64,000 nt of DNA from Tubulanus polymorphus (lineage: Eukaryota; Animalia; Nemertea), in contig NC_134026.1 in assembly GCF_964204645.1 (NCBI RefSeq), forward strand, positions 22,974,150 through 23,038,149, given 5' to 3'. The position numbers and the translations under genes are program-made. Of this stretch, positions 23,001 through 38,000 are shown in pieces. Position 1 is the first letter of the stretch, and each line of letters starts with the position of its first letter. The notes below the pieces were generated by a model that saw only the letters and a program-made list of their open reading frames with translations, ran no database searches and had not been told where the DNA came from.

Positions 23001-26000
23001 TACAGAATGACGTCAGCGGCAATTGTCACTCCGAGTACAAAGTAGCTGAAAGAGGATGGAACAGTTTTACAGTTAAAAAGACGAAAGATCTTTTAAGTTG
23101 TACTGATAGACACGGGTTCAGAACTTCTCTACAAACCACTCCATACCGAGTCAATTCGGTAAGAAGCGAAAAATGATGTTCTCTAAAAAGATTAATTAAT
23201 GATTTATTTTCTCCACAAAATTATATTATAATTAACAAAATATGTAAGAGGGTTGATTGACAATATGGAGAGGGACAACAAGCAAGCTTTAAAAGCTTTA
23301 CACAGCTACAAGTGCTGAGGCGAGGTGCCCCTGAAGACGATTTCAAAGTTGAATAGGCAATGTACTACTTCTGTAATTGAATTGCAGGATATCCAGTCCC
23401 TGCCCCTGTTGAAAGGTACCCATGAATGCATTCAGAAAATCCATAAGAGCGGCCGGTTACTGAAAAGTGAATGTACTGAGGTCCACATGTTCCGACCATT
23501 CTCGAAAGAAAACAGTGGTGCAATGACGAAAGCAACTCATGTGCTTGAGTTCCTCCGCGAATCCGCTGGAGTACGAACTTCACCAAGTAAGTAAAACTGA
23601 TGAGAAAATAATTGAAAAAAAAACGGTTACTATACGCGCGTAAATAGTGAGAGACCTAGTACCAGGGTACTGTCGTAAAAAGTCGTGAAACATGTCTTCC
23701 GAACGTGCGTAACGTTTCAAAGTCCTGAGTTCAAGTGTTGTTAATCGATAGTTCTAATTGTTTTCTATGATTACTGGTTAATGTACAACTACTCGGGTTA
23801 TAAAGCTATCGCTGATAAAACAATGATTCAAATAGGTTTAAAGATCGAAAAATATGAATCCAAATCATAAAAATCTGGACAAAGAGCTTATCATGTTTCG
23901 AAGTTCAAGTTCGAGTGGATTTTCGCACCTTGATTGTTATCAGTGGCGTAATTGTTTTTTCCCGAAAATAATGGTTTGGGGTATAGAATTGTGCCCATCC
24001 TTTTTGTAGGAGGCAACTTGCGTCGGGGAAATTTGTTTTTCGAACACGAACATGACGCAGAGCAACAACGAACCAACATTCTCCAGGCAACCAATCTGAT
24101 AAGGCAAATTTGCGAAATGACTCAAACTGACATCAGGCCAGAAACTCCCCATCTGTTCTCGAGTCTTGTCTACAGTTTGAGACAACTCGACAGCGCCTCG
24201 CTCAGAGATATGCACAGAAGAATCACATCAAATGCTGTCTGCACAAATAATCATAAAATTGCCAAGTGAGTGTTCCTTTGTGCGTGACTGATAATCCAAT
24301 TCCATAAAAAAGAAATAGATCTCCTTTTCCGCAATTTGACGATGATGATATTTGTCACCATATTCGATATAGCCTGAAAATGACGGTTTGAGCTTGATTG
24401 AGCTTGGAAAAGAATTCATTTCCTGATTTATCTTTTCTCAGGAAGTATTTCCACGATGCCATCCCTATGGTGAATTCCGAGGCTTCAGTTGCACTAATCA
24501 GCGCTCTGGTCACTAATCAACATATGCGAGGTTTGGAAGCGGACATGTGGGTCACGTCTCTCGCGTTCATCCAATCACCTACCACGCAAATGCTCAAATC
24601 TGTTCAGGTAATCACAATCGTAGCTCCAAGCAATTGAAAAAAGAACATTTTTTTCGGTTTGATCAAAAGCAATTAACACCGTGCTATTTGATTTTTGCAG
24701 AGATTATTAGAAGGCCAACCACGTAAGAGCGCTTTCCTGTCCGTATCGGCAATGGTCAACACGTTCTGTAAACATAATTCAGAATGCCATCGTCTCACCG
24801 AATTCGACGGGATTGCAAACATTCTCGGACAACGGCTCGGGACTAGTTGCAAATTCTCCAGCGAAAGTGATAGGCAGTATTTATTCATGGCACTGCGAGC
24901 GGTTGGTAATATGGGGCATTCGACAAATTTGGCCCGTCGTCTGCAAGGTTGCATGCGCGACACGACAAACCCGATTGAAATACGATTAGCCGCCATCGAC
25001 GCCTACCGCAGAATGCCTTGTTCCGTCGATGTAAGTTCAGCGTACGAAAATAGAAAAAAAAGAATGATTATATACTTGAGACCCATTTAGTTATTTTGAA
25101 TGAACAGAAGGCCGCATTACATACGACTTTTCGAACATTATTTGCCGCTTTCTGATATATCCATAGATCGGGCAATAATTGTTGAGTATATTATGTAGAA
25201 AGGTCTGCTGGAGTCATGTACTGTGATGATTCTGATTAGAATAGAAATATCGTATATTTCAGAACACGCATTTGATAGATTTGTTCACGAACAAAAAAGA
25301 AGACCCAGAGGTACGCATCGCAGCCTACAAGGTACTGATGCAGTGCGCCTCACCCGAGCTGCTCGACACAATCAAAGCCACGATGTCTCGTGAAGATGTC
25401 AACCAAGTAGCTTCGTTCGTCTGGTCGCATTTGAACAACCTGCTGAAGACGAACGATATTCACAAGCAAAACATTCGTAAAATTCTCGACGAGACTGACC
25501 TCAACAATGCGTTCGATATGGATAAAAGGAAGTTCTCGAGAAACTACGAAGCTTCGTACTTCTCAGACATGGCCAACGCCGGAATCAAAGCCGAAAGCAA
25601 CGTGGTGTTTTCACCGAAGTCGTTCGCACCACGATCGGTCAACCTGAATTTAACGATGGATCTATTTGGCGAAACGTTCAACCTTCTGGAAGTCGGAGGA
25701 CGCGTCGAAGGCTTGGAGGAAATGGCCGAAAAACTGTTTGGCCCGAAAGGTTATTTCTCCGACAATTCGATCAAAGATACGATCAAGAGAACTCGCCGTA
25801 GCATCAATGACATTAACCGTATTCACGAACAGGTAGAAAACTGTGAATAAAGGATTTGAAATATAAGTTCATGAAATCAAATTATTCAATCTATCACTCG
25901 TTCATTTTCAGTACAAAGGTGGAGCGAACAGAGACTTAAAGGGAAATATGTATTTACGTATTTTCGGCCACGAACTGAGCTACTTAGAACTGACGAACAT

Positions 26001-29000
26001 GGGTGGAAGTGGCATGAACATTCTCGATATTCTTATTGCGTTGGCCAGAGATCACCACATCGACGTGTCGAAAAGTTTCATGTTCTTGGATACAACGATG
26101 ACCATCCCCTTGATGACTGGTATGCCGCTGAAACTGTCCGTCAACGGAACTTCAACTATCAACCTTAAAATCAAAGGAAAAATGGACATGAGAAAATTAG
26201 GCAGTAGTCCACGGAGTCTCGACATTACAGGATATGTAAAACCAAGGTAAAGAAGCTAATCCGATATTGATATACTGGCATTTTAATACCATTCCCAATA
26301 ACTTATCTTATAGCTTCACAATTCTTTTACAGTGGTGCTGTAGAAATATCTTCGCTGATGGGTGTCGATGCTGCAGTTGCGCGAACTGGCCTGAAAATGG
26401 TCACCACCCTGCATTCCAGCACTGAAGTCGACGGCTCCATCGTCATCAAGGATAGCCAGATCGTCAACGTAAAATTCAACATGCCGAGAGATAAGATTGA
26501 AATCCTCAATGTTGAGTGAGTTCCACATGATAATACCTTATTTATCACTAACAATTATACGATTCTTACATCGGTACGTGTATTCTATTGACAGGAATAA
26601 ATTCTTCATCGTTCACCGCGAGACCGAGCGAGAACAAAAGATGCTCGCCACCGAACCAATAAAAAAACGCACATGTACGCCTGCGTACATGACGAAATTG
26701 GCGGGAGTTGAGGTCTGCAGTCAGATGACTTACCCTAATTACGAAAGCGGTAGCTTGGAACCTATTCAGTATCCATTAGCTGGACCTTTTAAATTGGGTG
26801 TAGTTCTTAACAAACGTGATACGCATAGTTCGTACGAGTTTGAAGCCAAACTGTTGACTCGAAAGGTTAGACAAAGATTTCCTCACGTATAAGTTTGCTA
26901 TCATTATATTACTACGTCACAGCCAGTTACAAATGAATTTGATTATATAAACATCAATCATATCTAATCGTATTTTTTCAGCACCGTAAGAACGGCGTTA
27001 CCCACTACGCTCACGAAGCAAAATTGGCGTTTAACACTCCGAATTCACAGGTGAACAGGGAATTGCTTCTGGATTTCAAGTTAAACAGGGCCGATAAGGC
27101 TTTGAGCTTTAACCTCATTTCACCATGGAAGAAAGTCAATATGAACGGTAAAGATTTATTCCAAAATCCCTTTTTTTTTGATTTTCTGAGCTTAAGAATG
27201 TGTTTTTGCAAAATAAGCTTAAGAGAATTGGTTCAAAATGCATTAATTTTATCATCAAAAAAATTTATCTTATTATCATCCAGGTGCCATTTTGAATAAT
27301 GCCGGTCACAAGCGTTTGACCGGACGTCTTATGATGGATCAACTTCGAGAATACTCGCTACTTGCCGAGGTTGAGATTGACACCAAAGAAGGCCGACGAA
27401 CCATTACCCCTAACGTCGAAATCCGCATGCACAACCGCAATACTGTATCCCTGCGAGGCCAGATAGATCACAGCATCGGACAAAGTTTAAGCGCTCATTT
27501 ATCAGTGGAGAATCTTTTCCGTCGACCTTTGACAATGAAGGCTGACTTGAAAAAACAGAAACAAGGCAGTAGTGGCACAAGGTTAGTTAAATCTGCCTTC
27601 ACAACGTTTATTTACAAATGAATCCTTATCGTAAACTTGCAAAATGCCCGTGAAAACTGTTCAAGGCACTTTTTTAGCAAAATAGTGAACATGAAATTAG
27701 AAAATTATTCATCTATTGTCATATCGAATCATTCGATGTAATCATTTCTTGTTAGTTGACAGTTTTGATGAATCTAATTTACATGTATTTGTTAAATCTT
27801 GTCACCAACAGATACGACATATCAAGCGAGTTCCATTCGCAGATCTTTCACTCGAAGGTGAAAGGATTCCTGGACGCAAGACGCGGGAGCCGTTACACGA
27901 GTCGAGTCGAGATCGAATACGGGAAACAGCGTAAACCCGAACATCGCATGGTTGTTAACTACAAGATGAGGGACAGAACATCTGCAACATTCCGACGAGT
28001 GATGGTCGACACGTAAGTCGTGTGACATTAAGTTCATTTCTTCAATCTCTAACACATTCGAACCGAATGCAAAAGTTTGGTTATTTTCAACTTTTTTGAT
28101 AGAACAATGACGTTTACTTTATCTATTACGTTTTATTTTGTCACTTTCTTTTCATTTGTTCAAAAATTTGATTGAAAAATATTTTCCTTCAGCGCAATTG
28201 AGAGCAGCCAATACCCGGATTACGACTTCCATACACGGTTTGATCTTCAGAAAACTACCACTGGTCATTACGAAGGAACTGCATCGTTGCAGTACGGTCG
28301 TAACCCTAATGATATTAACAAAAAAATCGACACACATGTATTACTCAAGTACAACAGAGCTGGCAAAATTGTAAACGTCGAATCTTCGGCTAGTTTCAAG
28401 TATCCAGTCATTGTAAGTGGATTTGTTAGAGTTTAATATAGTCGGACACTACAGTCCAGACCCATCATGAATTATTGAATATTTCTTTTTCAGGAAGCTG
28501 ATTTAGCCACGAAACTGACGGCTAACCACCGACCGTCGCAAACAAAGGTTAATACTGTCTTACAGTGGGCAACTGGTAAGCAGATGACTACCGACGTTAC
28601 CTATCGAAAAACTGGTGAAACGCACTATATCAACGGTGCAATGACCTTACCAGCCAAAGCGCCAATTTCATTCAGCGGAAATGCGAAGCTAGACCCCAGA
28701 GATTTGGCCATATCGGGACAGGTAAATTATGAAGGCCGTATCTATGTTGGTGATGTTGCTTATGTTGGCGACGCTTCTATCAATCACGATCTTACTGCGA
28801 ATCTCCAACTGCCAGACAAACCCCCGGCCAATCTGAAGGTTATTGGCAAGTTGGATCCACGTGATTTCATTGCCAAACTTAATCTGAAACACAATTACAA
28901 AGAGTATAACAGTGAATTGGTGTATAGTCTCAAAACCACTGGAGAATACCCGTCTGTTACTGGCAACCTTGACCTTAAGCACCCCACACGAAGAATTACA

Positions 29001-32000
29001 TCAGTTCTCGAGTTCGGATTTCACCCAAGGAGAGTTGACGGAAAATTGGACTTCAAATGGGACGCTGATAGGGATAGCAGCAAAGTTTTCGCAACGAATG
29101 TGAATTACAGATATGAAAATGAAGGCATTACGGTAACTACTCAAACAACTTACCCAGGACGCACGATGAAAGCAAAATTAGATGCGAATCGAGTAGGAAA
29201 CGCATATAGCTGTCGTACCGAAGCAGAATGGAGTCCAACCGATAAGATTGTACTTGATATATCATTCAACAAAGCCACCAAAACCGACGGACACGATATC
29301 AACGGAAGAATTTCTCTTACATCACCGTTTAAGAATGTGAAGAAAGTTGGATCACAATTTACGTTGACATCCGGCAGTACTCCGACAAGGAAATACCAAG
29401 GAAATGCCGAGGTGTGGTGGGGAGACCAGAAAAAGATCATATTGGATGGAATTCTATCCACCCACTCCATTAAAAACTTCGAAATAAAACTGACAGCTAC
29501 TACACCATTCGACGGTTATCGTAATCTTGGCGGTCATTTGAAAAACGTTATGGACACTTCATTGTCGACAAAGGCATCTATCAAATACGGCAACAAGGGC
29601 ATTGACTTCGATCTTCGACTTGACCGACGAGAACTTACGTTAAAGATGATGTCTCCGTTTGAATACATGGAAAATGCAATGCTCAACTTACGCGTATCGA
29701 CTGCAGATGATGGCATGCGTATGGTCGAACTTCTTTTCCGTTCCAAGCCACTCATTGATGATGTTACTGTGACGGTTGGTGTAAATCCCACGGGTTGGAA
29801 GAACTTTGGTGGAAAACTAGCGATTAGAACGCCATTCGAGTTGGTGAAAACTGCTGACGTAGAATTGGTTAGTTTGCTGACTGACAGGGAATTTAAAATG
29901 ACGTTTGGTGGCAATTATAACGGAGTGCAAGGAAAATACAGCTTGAATTTGAAAAATAATGGCAATCTTGGTAGAAACAACGTCGAATTCATGATGAGCG
30001 GCAGATGGAAGCAACGTATGGTTGAACTGATTATGAAACACAACGACAACGGAAGACAATTTAACTCGAATTTCGATCTAACGTACAACACCATGAAACT
30101 GCTTTCGGCTGCACTTGACGTGTTCCATGATGCGAACGATGTTCACGTTGAAAATAACGGAAACTACGTATGGGAGCTTAATCTATATCAGAAGAAGTAC
30201 ACATACAATCACTCCTGGAGACAGAAATTTACGAAAAGTGATGGACAAGTTTCGGCCCAGCACGCCATTACTGTTAACGGTCGTAATTACGTGTTCGATT
30301 TAAGTGGTTCGCATAGGTTCTCATTGGGAACTAGACGCATGATTGGTACTCTCGAAATGACTATTCCCGGACTTTCTGAAAAGGTCATCACTAAATTGCA
30401 CTACGTCAGAAACGGAAAGGAGAACCTCGAAGCTAAATTGAATGTATTCAGCGGTGTCCGTATATTTAACGTTGAGTTCGATTACAAGTTTGATGGCAGT
30501 TATGCTAACGTAGATGCAAATTTGAACCTGGACGTCAGTGGAGTCGTTGCTACAGCAGTAAATCCGATCGATATGAACATCAAGACGCATTATTCGGGAT
30601 TCCCGTACACAACGCATTTTGAAATAACAGGCCTGAAAGACCGCTTCGTCGTCGATCTGCGACACGAGAGACGGTCTTATTCAACCTACTTTACCAGGCT
30701 AGATGCAGACATTTACGGGAAACAGGCCAGTCTTCAGTCAACCTACGAAAAAACTTTTGATTCGATGAGCAGCGACATAAAGATCAAAACTCCGTATAAA
30801 CATCTTCAAACTCTAGATACGCTAATCAAGTGGAATGGTTACATTGGTGGGCAATTCATGCACTCTTACAAAGTTGTCTATTCTGGGGAGAAATACCAGT
30901 TCACTTATGCAGCTGACCAACAGATGACTACATTGACAAATCACGTGACGACTATCAGTTTAACCAGTAATATTCCATCTTACGAAAACGTTCAGATTAA
31001 GTTTGACCAATCACTGACTCATAATAAGTACCAACTTATCAAAGACATGACCATCGGACAGAAGTTGCAATGGCAGTCAACCTTCACCATCGAGTACGAG
31101 AACAACCGTCCGTCATCAACATGGGTCGCAACGATCAACGGAAACAAAATCAATATACACGGTGAAGCTCTTTATCAAAAACCATCATTTAATGGAGAAC
31201 TCAAGTTTGAATTTACTCCATTAAACGGAGAACTAAGCTCTATTGTTACTAACGTTAGGCTGAATCATGGAGAAGAACTCGAATTGCATGGAGATTTCAA
31301 GTTGACATGTCATCATATGAAAAACATCGATATGAAATATGACCTGAACAAAATAGCCAACAAATGGCACTCTGCATTTGAGGCTAATGTAGAAAATATG
31401 GGCAAATACGAGATGAACGCTGAATTCAAAAAATCATTGGAAAATGCTAGATTTACGATGAAAACTCCACATGAAAAGCTGAAGTCGCTTGAATCTACGT
31501 TTGAGTATAATCCAGAAAATCCATTCCGAAATGTAAAATTAACCGGGGAACTTATCTATTCCGGATACAAGAAAGCGTCACTGTCGGGTAAATTGAAAAT
31601 CAAGTCGTTGAAAGACATCGAGGTTGAATTCACAGCAAACGCTCCATCACGAAACTACGAGCTCAAGCTGATGCGCAGGAAAGATATTGGAATGTCCAGT
31701 ACGAAATTCTTAGTCGACAATGCTGGATCGAAATTTGAATTTTCCTCACTGTATCATCCAAAGAATCCTTTCAATTTAAAAGTTGAACTGAAAACACCGA
31801 TACAGTTCATCTCATCGATGTTGCTTGAAATAAACAACGATGTGAAAAGTTACAATGAATTTAAGCATAAGTTCGTGTTCGAATACAACATTTACGTCGC
31901 CCGTGTCAGACTGGAAAATGAATGGGAAGTCAACGGACCAGAATTAGTCAAAGGAGCCATGAGAATGACGAGTCCAATAAATTCGTACGAGTTCTTGCTA

Positions 32001-35000
32001 TTTACCGTCGATCACAGGCGGCAAGGTGACGATTTACTGACTGATGTAGAATTCAACCGAGTGTCAAGACAGAGGTTCCAGTTAAGACAGAGATTGAACC
32101 AGATAGACCGACGATATGAGCTTGATCTCGAAACACCTTGGGAAGAAATGAGAACGATGAAAGTTGTGGCTGTACAAGAGGGAGAGGGTTCCAGCTACAA
32201 CTTCAAATTGGATATGGAGATTCCACGATACAAGTTAGACTATTCGTCAATTCGACGACCAAGTTCAATAAAGACCATTTTGAAATTGGATACACCCCAT
32301 GATGGTTTCAGAAAAATCTCCCAAACCATGGAATTACAATTAGACGATGACACTACCGATTTCGGTTACAATGTCGACATTTCTAAACGCTATAACTTCG
32401 AAGCGAAATACAACCAACGAAACCAAATTGGAAACGGTATTGAAAGGAAGATATCAATTACTGGAAGTACCCCACACGATGTAATGAGGTCAATATCCAT
32501 CGATCTAACCTATGGTGGTGTGTGGAATAATTTCAAGAGTAATTTGATTATCAACCACAATAAACTACAAGTTCCGGTCTATGTTGTTTTGAATTATAAA
32601 GCAAAAGCTAATGCTGAGTTTTCACTGAAAGGCCCGGTTATGGAACTGGTGTTAAAATACGACAAGTCAAATGATTACACGTATGTTACTGAAACAAACT
32701 TACGTTACGGCAGCGATATGTATATCCGGCTGAACAACGAATTAAGACCGCATAGTTGGACAAGTTGGGGAGGCTCATTAAAATTGGAAACGTCGTTTGA
32801 AAGATTGGAGATGACGAAGATAGACTTTTCTCACACTGGATCAAGACTTTCATTCACCAACAACATCAAACTGGATTCCCAACGTTATGGGGAGATAAAC
32901 TGCAAAACTGAATGGACGACCCGGCCACAGTACAACGCGAAGGTAGCCATTCTCACGCCTTTTGATTCGTGGGAGAAAATTGAACTGTCACTGAATCACA
33001 TGGGCAGCAAAAAGGAATTCACCACAACTATCTCAGCAGTTACAAATACAAAGAGGCTCAGCGGTACATTTAACTTTAAGAACATCAACGGTCTCGAGGC
33101 TCACTTAATGTTATTGACACCATTCAAAGGGTATAACCGAGTCTCAGCAGCATTCAGTCACACTGGAGTGCTCCGAAACTTCCGTACCGGTTTAACGATT
33201 TCACGACCTGGCCGGGAATATAAAGTGAACGTCGAATTCAAGAAGCGACCAGAAATTGAAGTTCGACTAGTTGTCAAGACGCCCTACAAACATTACAAGC
33301 ATCTAGAGTTTTACATGAAGCATTCTGGCAATTTCCGACAATTCACCAACACCGGTTTGCTACAGCTGAGACGAGGAAAGCGCATTGATACCAAAGTTAT
33401 CATCGATACAAATGATTTGAGTGCGCTGTATGTTCGAGGAGAAGTAAAAACTCCATATGAGAAGATGAAACAGTTGGTTGCCTCATATCGACACAGCAGC
33501 AATTCTGCAGATTTAACTGGCAACTTAGATATCACTTTTAACGGCCGTGCTATAAACACGATTCTAGCGTTCAAAATGCCAACGCTGAATGACATCACTG
33601 GATCCATAACGATGAAAACACCGTACACAAATTATCAAGAACTTGTTGCTTCATTCGAACATAAAGGTCATTCGAAGGCATTCCATACCAACGGTAAAAT
33701 CCAATACATGACTGGAAAAACTATTTCTGGTGAATTGACGTTTGGAAGGGAGATTAGAAAGATTGATGTTGAACTGAAAATAAGATCCCCGTGTCCACGC
33801 ATTCCAAATGCTGCTGTCATACTGAAGTTTGATGCAAACGACAAACTGGACTCCAAATTACAAATCCTCAGTGGTTTAAATGAAGCTATGTTTGATTCTG
33901 GTCTATTGGTAGCTGCCAATGCAATTGATGGGCATTTACTTATTAAGACTCCTTTCAAGCCGATGCGCAAAGCTGAATTTAAGTTGGCAGTCACTGACCA
34001 AATCGTAGCGTCGTTTGAAGTTGATCATAATGCTGGAAAAAGCGAAGGATCAACAACATTCAAATACAACAAACAAAATGGCATGGAGTTAACTGCGAAA
34101 GTAAATACACCACACGACATATCAGGGTTAATTTCTGCTACTATAGCAAACCGTTGGACGACATACTCTGGTACTACAAACTTCCAGTGGGCTGCAGACA
34201 AGAAAATAACGTTTAGTGAAGACACTAAATTTACAAAAACACATGGTTTAGTGAGCAAGTCGTATATTTATACTCCGTTCGAAAGACTTGAGATCATATC
34301 TCTTGAACTGCACCACAATGGCAATATGGATGATTTCACGACCAATGCTGTTGCTGAATTTGGCATGGGTAACAAGGCATATGCGGCTGTGCAATTCACA
34401 AAAGGTGTCAGTGGCATTTTATCATTCCGAAGCCCATTCAATTATGCAGAGAACTTGAGTTTGAAGTATAGCAAGAGAGTAGTCGATGGAAAAGACGGTG
34501 TCCATTTGGAGACATCGTGGGCCGAGGGTAAAAAAGTAACGTTTGATTTTGGACACAAATTCTCTGGTATCCCATCCGCCTTAACGCTCGATGTTTACGC
34601 AAAGATAACCACCCCAACGAGTTGTTTGCCACGACTGACAATTGATATGGAACACAAACACGGCGACGGATTCATTAGTAATAAGTTGGCTGTTACTACT
34701 CGCAGACGATATGACACAGAACTTGATCTTGAATGGAGTGGCACAGGAGTAAAAGCAGAGCTAAATACCAGATCACCGGTACCAATGCAAATAACTATGA
34801 ATTTGCTGAAAACTGGTAACGACGTGACAGGAAACATGATGGCTAACTGGGACACGCGGGTATTGGACAAAAACGTTCAGGTTAACCTCATGCACACCGA
34901 CAGTTCCAATTACTTTATGCAAAAATACACGACATCAGTCAAAGTGACTTTACCATGGAGAACTATGGGCGCCGAGAACTATTTCGAAAAGACGACATAC

Positions 35001-38000
35001 AAAAGAATTCACCGACTGACGACGACTCTCGACGAATCCCGAAACAGAAAAGCTTCTTGGGAACTGATAGTTAATGACAAATCCAGAACGTACGTGAGCA
35101 ATTTCGATGGTGAACTCACAGTGACGACGCCGCTCCGCACGGTCCGCACAAAATTCTCCCATTTGCGAAACTCGGTTAAACACGACGATTCTTTGGAGAT
35201 TATGTGGGACGCTGCCAGTGATATGGCGAAAAAGGTTACAACTCGAAGTGTTATAGAAACCAGAGGCAAAACGAATACTATGAAGCTGTCACTTACGCAT
35301 CCTAGACTATCAAAGGTAAGCTTCGCGTGTATTTCGATGAATTGTTTTGGGTGTGTCAACATCGGAGTTGGAATTTAAAAAGCTTTCTGAACTAAAGATA
35401 AATTTGTTTCCTCTTTTCCAGCCTATTTCAATTTCTGGTGAAGTGACGATGAACAGCGGTAATAAGCTCATTGATTTGAAATCCACCTTGGACTATTCTA
35501 CTGATCCACGTGACCTGATAACAATGTATATGACCATACAGTCGAGAGGACAAGCAATGGACTACGTAACAACAATCGGTTACACGCATCCTAAATCAAA
35601 CTCCGACCATAAAATCACGATTACGACGATTGACACAAGCTCTAGATTGGAAGGTGGTATCGAAATAAAATATGTGGGAAAAATTGCTGAGTTGAGGATG
35701 GAAATTGACAAGTTAAAACGATCACTACTGATAAAGGTAAAAAAGCACGCTTGGATTTTTCTCTTTTATATGAAATTATCTTCTATAAAATATATCCTGC
35801 AGGTTCCTGTAATGAAACCACGTCTTTCCCATTTAATCGCCAATGGCAAAGTGGAAAGAACCTCATCAGGATACAAGGTAGACTGGACGAGCAGTTATGG
35901 GGTGAGGAAAGTGGAAGCTGAGGTAGACATTAACATGGTAGTACCGAGTATTGATCTTCGTCTAAATCATGACAGTGGTAATTACCTCGAGATGTCAGTG
36001 TATGTAAAAATATACAAATGCCGTATTCTAGTAATATTATTTGTTATCATTGTCCAATTGCAGAAAATCCAGACAATCTTTTGCACCTGTATGCCCGTTA
36101 CCTTAGTCACAAAGAACTAAAAATAGAGGCTTATCGTCTGCAAAATGGTCTGAGAATTACTGACGGCTTATTGACTTTATACATGAATACGACTAGACTT
36201 CTTCATACTCGTCTTCACTGGAGACCAAATTTCTACAAAGAGGCTAAGGTAAAACTCTAATTATTCATCAATATTTTTAGAAAGGTAACGTTGAACCAAA
36301 TTAACCGTGTTTTGTTTTCTATTCAGTCATACTTCAGTTCCCAGTTGAGTGACTACCGCACAAGAACATCAGAGATGCTGGAAGCAAATCGTTTGGCATT
36401 TGCTCGATTCAGAGCCAGCCGATCTCAGGAAATCAAATCAAGTATTCCCGATGTCACCGAGCTACAGAACTACATCCGCAGTGAAATAGACTCCGTTCTA
36501 ACTGAAGTGAACATTGTTAGAAATGCGTTCGATGTTATGTACAATAATAACGAATTCTTCATGCAGGATATCTCGACTCACGTTGGACGTGCTGCTGCAT
36601 ACATCCAGTATGTATAAATTCGCACGGATATGTTTTTCTCTTGTTGTTTTATTTTTCTTTTGTTAATTAATTCTAAAAAGCACCAAAAAGATTAAGAAAA
36701 TTAACTCTCGTACCTTTTAGGGCAAAGACCAGGATTGTCGGCCTCCGAGCTCTTCGTGCATGGGGACACTTGAAACGTACGTCGTTGCAACGTTTGGCAG
36801 TGTACCGACGCAAATTGGAGGAAAAACTAAATAATCTGCAGGATGTAATCGCCGAACTTGTTCTCAAGTTCAGACCAGCTTGGCAAAAGTATGGCTACAT
36901 GATGATAAGCAGTTACAATGTAGTTGTGCAGAGGATTTCTCACACTATGGAAGAGATGGTTGAAAAAATGGAGGTTAGTTGATAAAACCTTTTAAACATG
37001 TTTTGCATTTTAGAGAATCGCATATGTTCTATGAATATCTATTGACTTACGAACTGTATTTCTTAAACAGGATTTAAAAGTCCAGATTGTGGATTATTTC
37101 GATAATCAATTTGACTTCATCAGCTTGCGAATGCAACCATACTGGACTAAGTTTACAGGTTTGTATTACATCGGGTGATCGATGCTTTAAAACCTCGTGC
37201 TTCTTTGATTCTTACGAAGAGATTTCTTCGTTTACAGAATGGCGCCGTAGCTTGAGGAGTTCTCTTGCCAATGTCGATGACGAAGGATACCTCAGAAGCC
37301 TTTTGGAAAACTTAAGCAGGTATCGTGATAGTTACAACAGATGGGCTGCTGAAGTTAATGCCAAATACAAGGAAGTCATGCAGAAGGTCGAACAAAAGGT
37401 TGACGAACAAATGGAAAAGATTCTTGGTCATCGTTTAACTCAGATGGCCATTGCTAAATCCAAACAGCTTTATGAAGAGGTAAAGAATAGAGTAAATGCA
37501 TCCATCAGGGTATTCTTTAGAAACAAGTTCACAAATCTGAATCATCTACTCTTTTACAATGCTAGGCTAAGCGTCTTTACATTGAATACGAAGTTGAAAA
37601 GAATTTCCAAGAACTTGTTGCCACATCAATTGAAACTGGCAAGAAAGTACTTCGCAGCCAACTCCATGACATCGCGAAGAGTTTCCTACTGTTGGACAAA
37701 TCAGGATTTACAGTGTGGGACCCGAAGAATGGGGAAATTCAAGCTGAAATCTATCTGCCAACCAAGATCAAACAACTGAATAAGTTGCCAGAATTCAACC
37801 TTAACCAACTGAAAGCAGAATTGAATAAACTCTACCGGAAATTCATACCGAAATCCGATTACACCGTATGGGACTACTTCTATATGTACAGACCATCATC
37901 TGATATCAATAATTGGCTACCACCATTTAAAGGTAACGAAATTAATATTGCTTTGCAAATGTTTTGTGACCATGTGCTTGAAAACGTGGAATTCGTTCTA

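Noticed and set aside
28689-35362. Numerous antisense ORFs within the giant exon
   Set aside because: Expected shadows of a long coding exon, with no independent motifs or splice signals.
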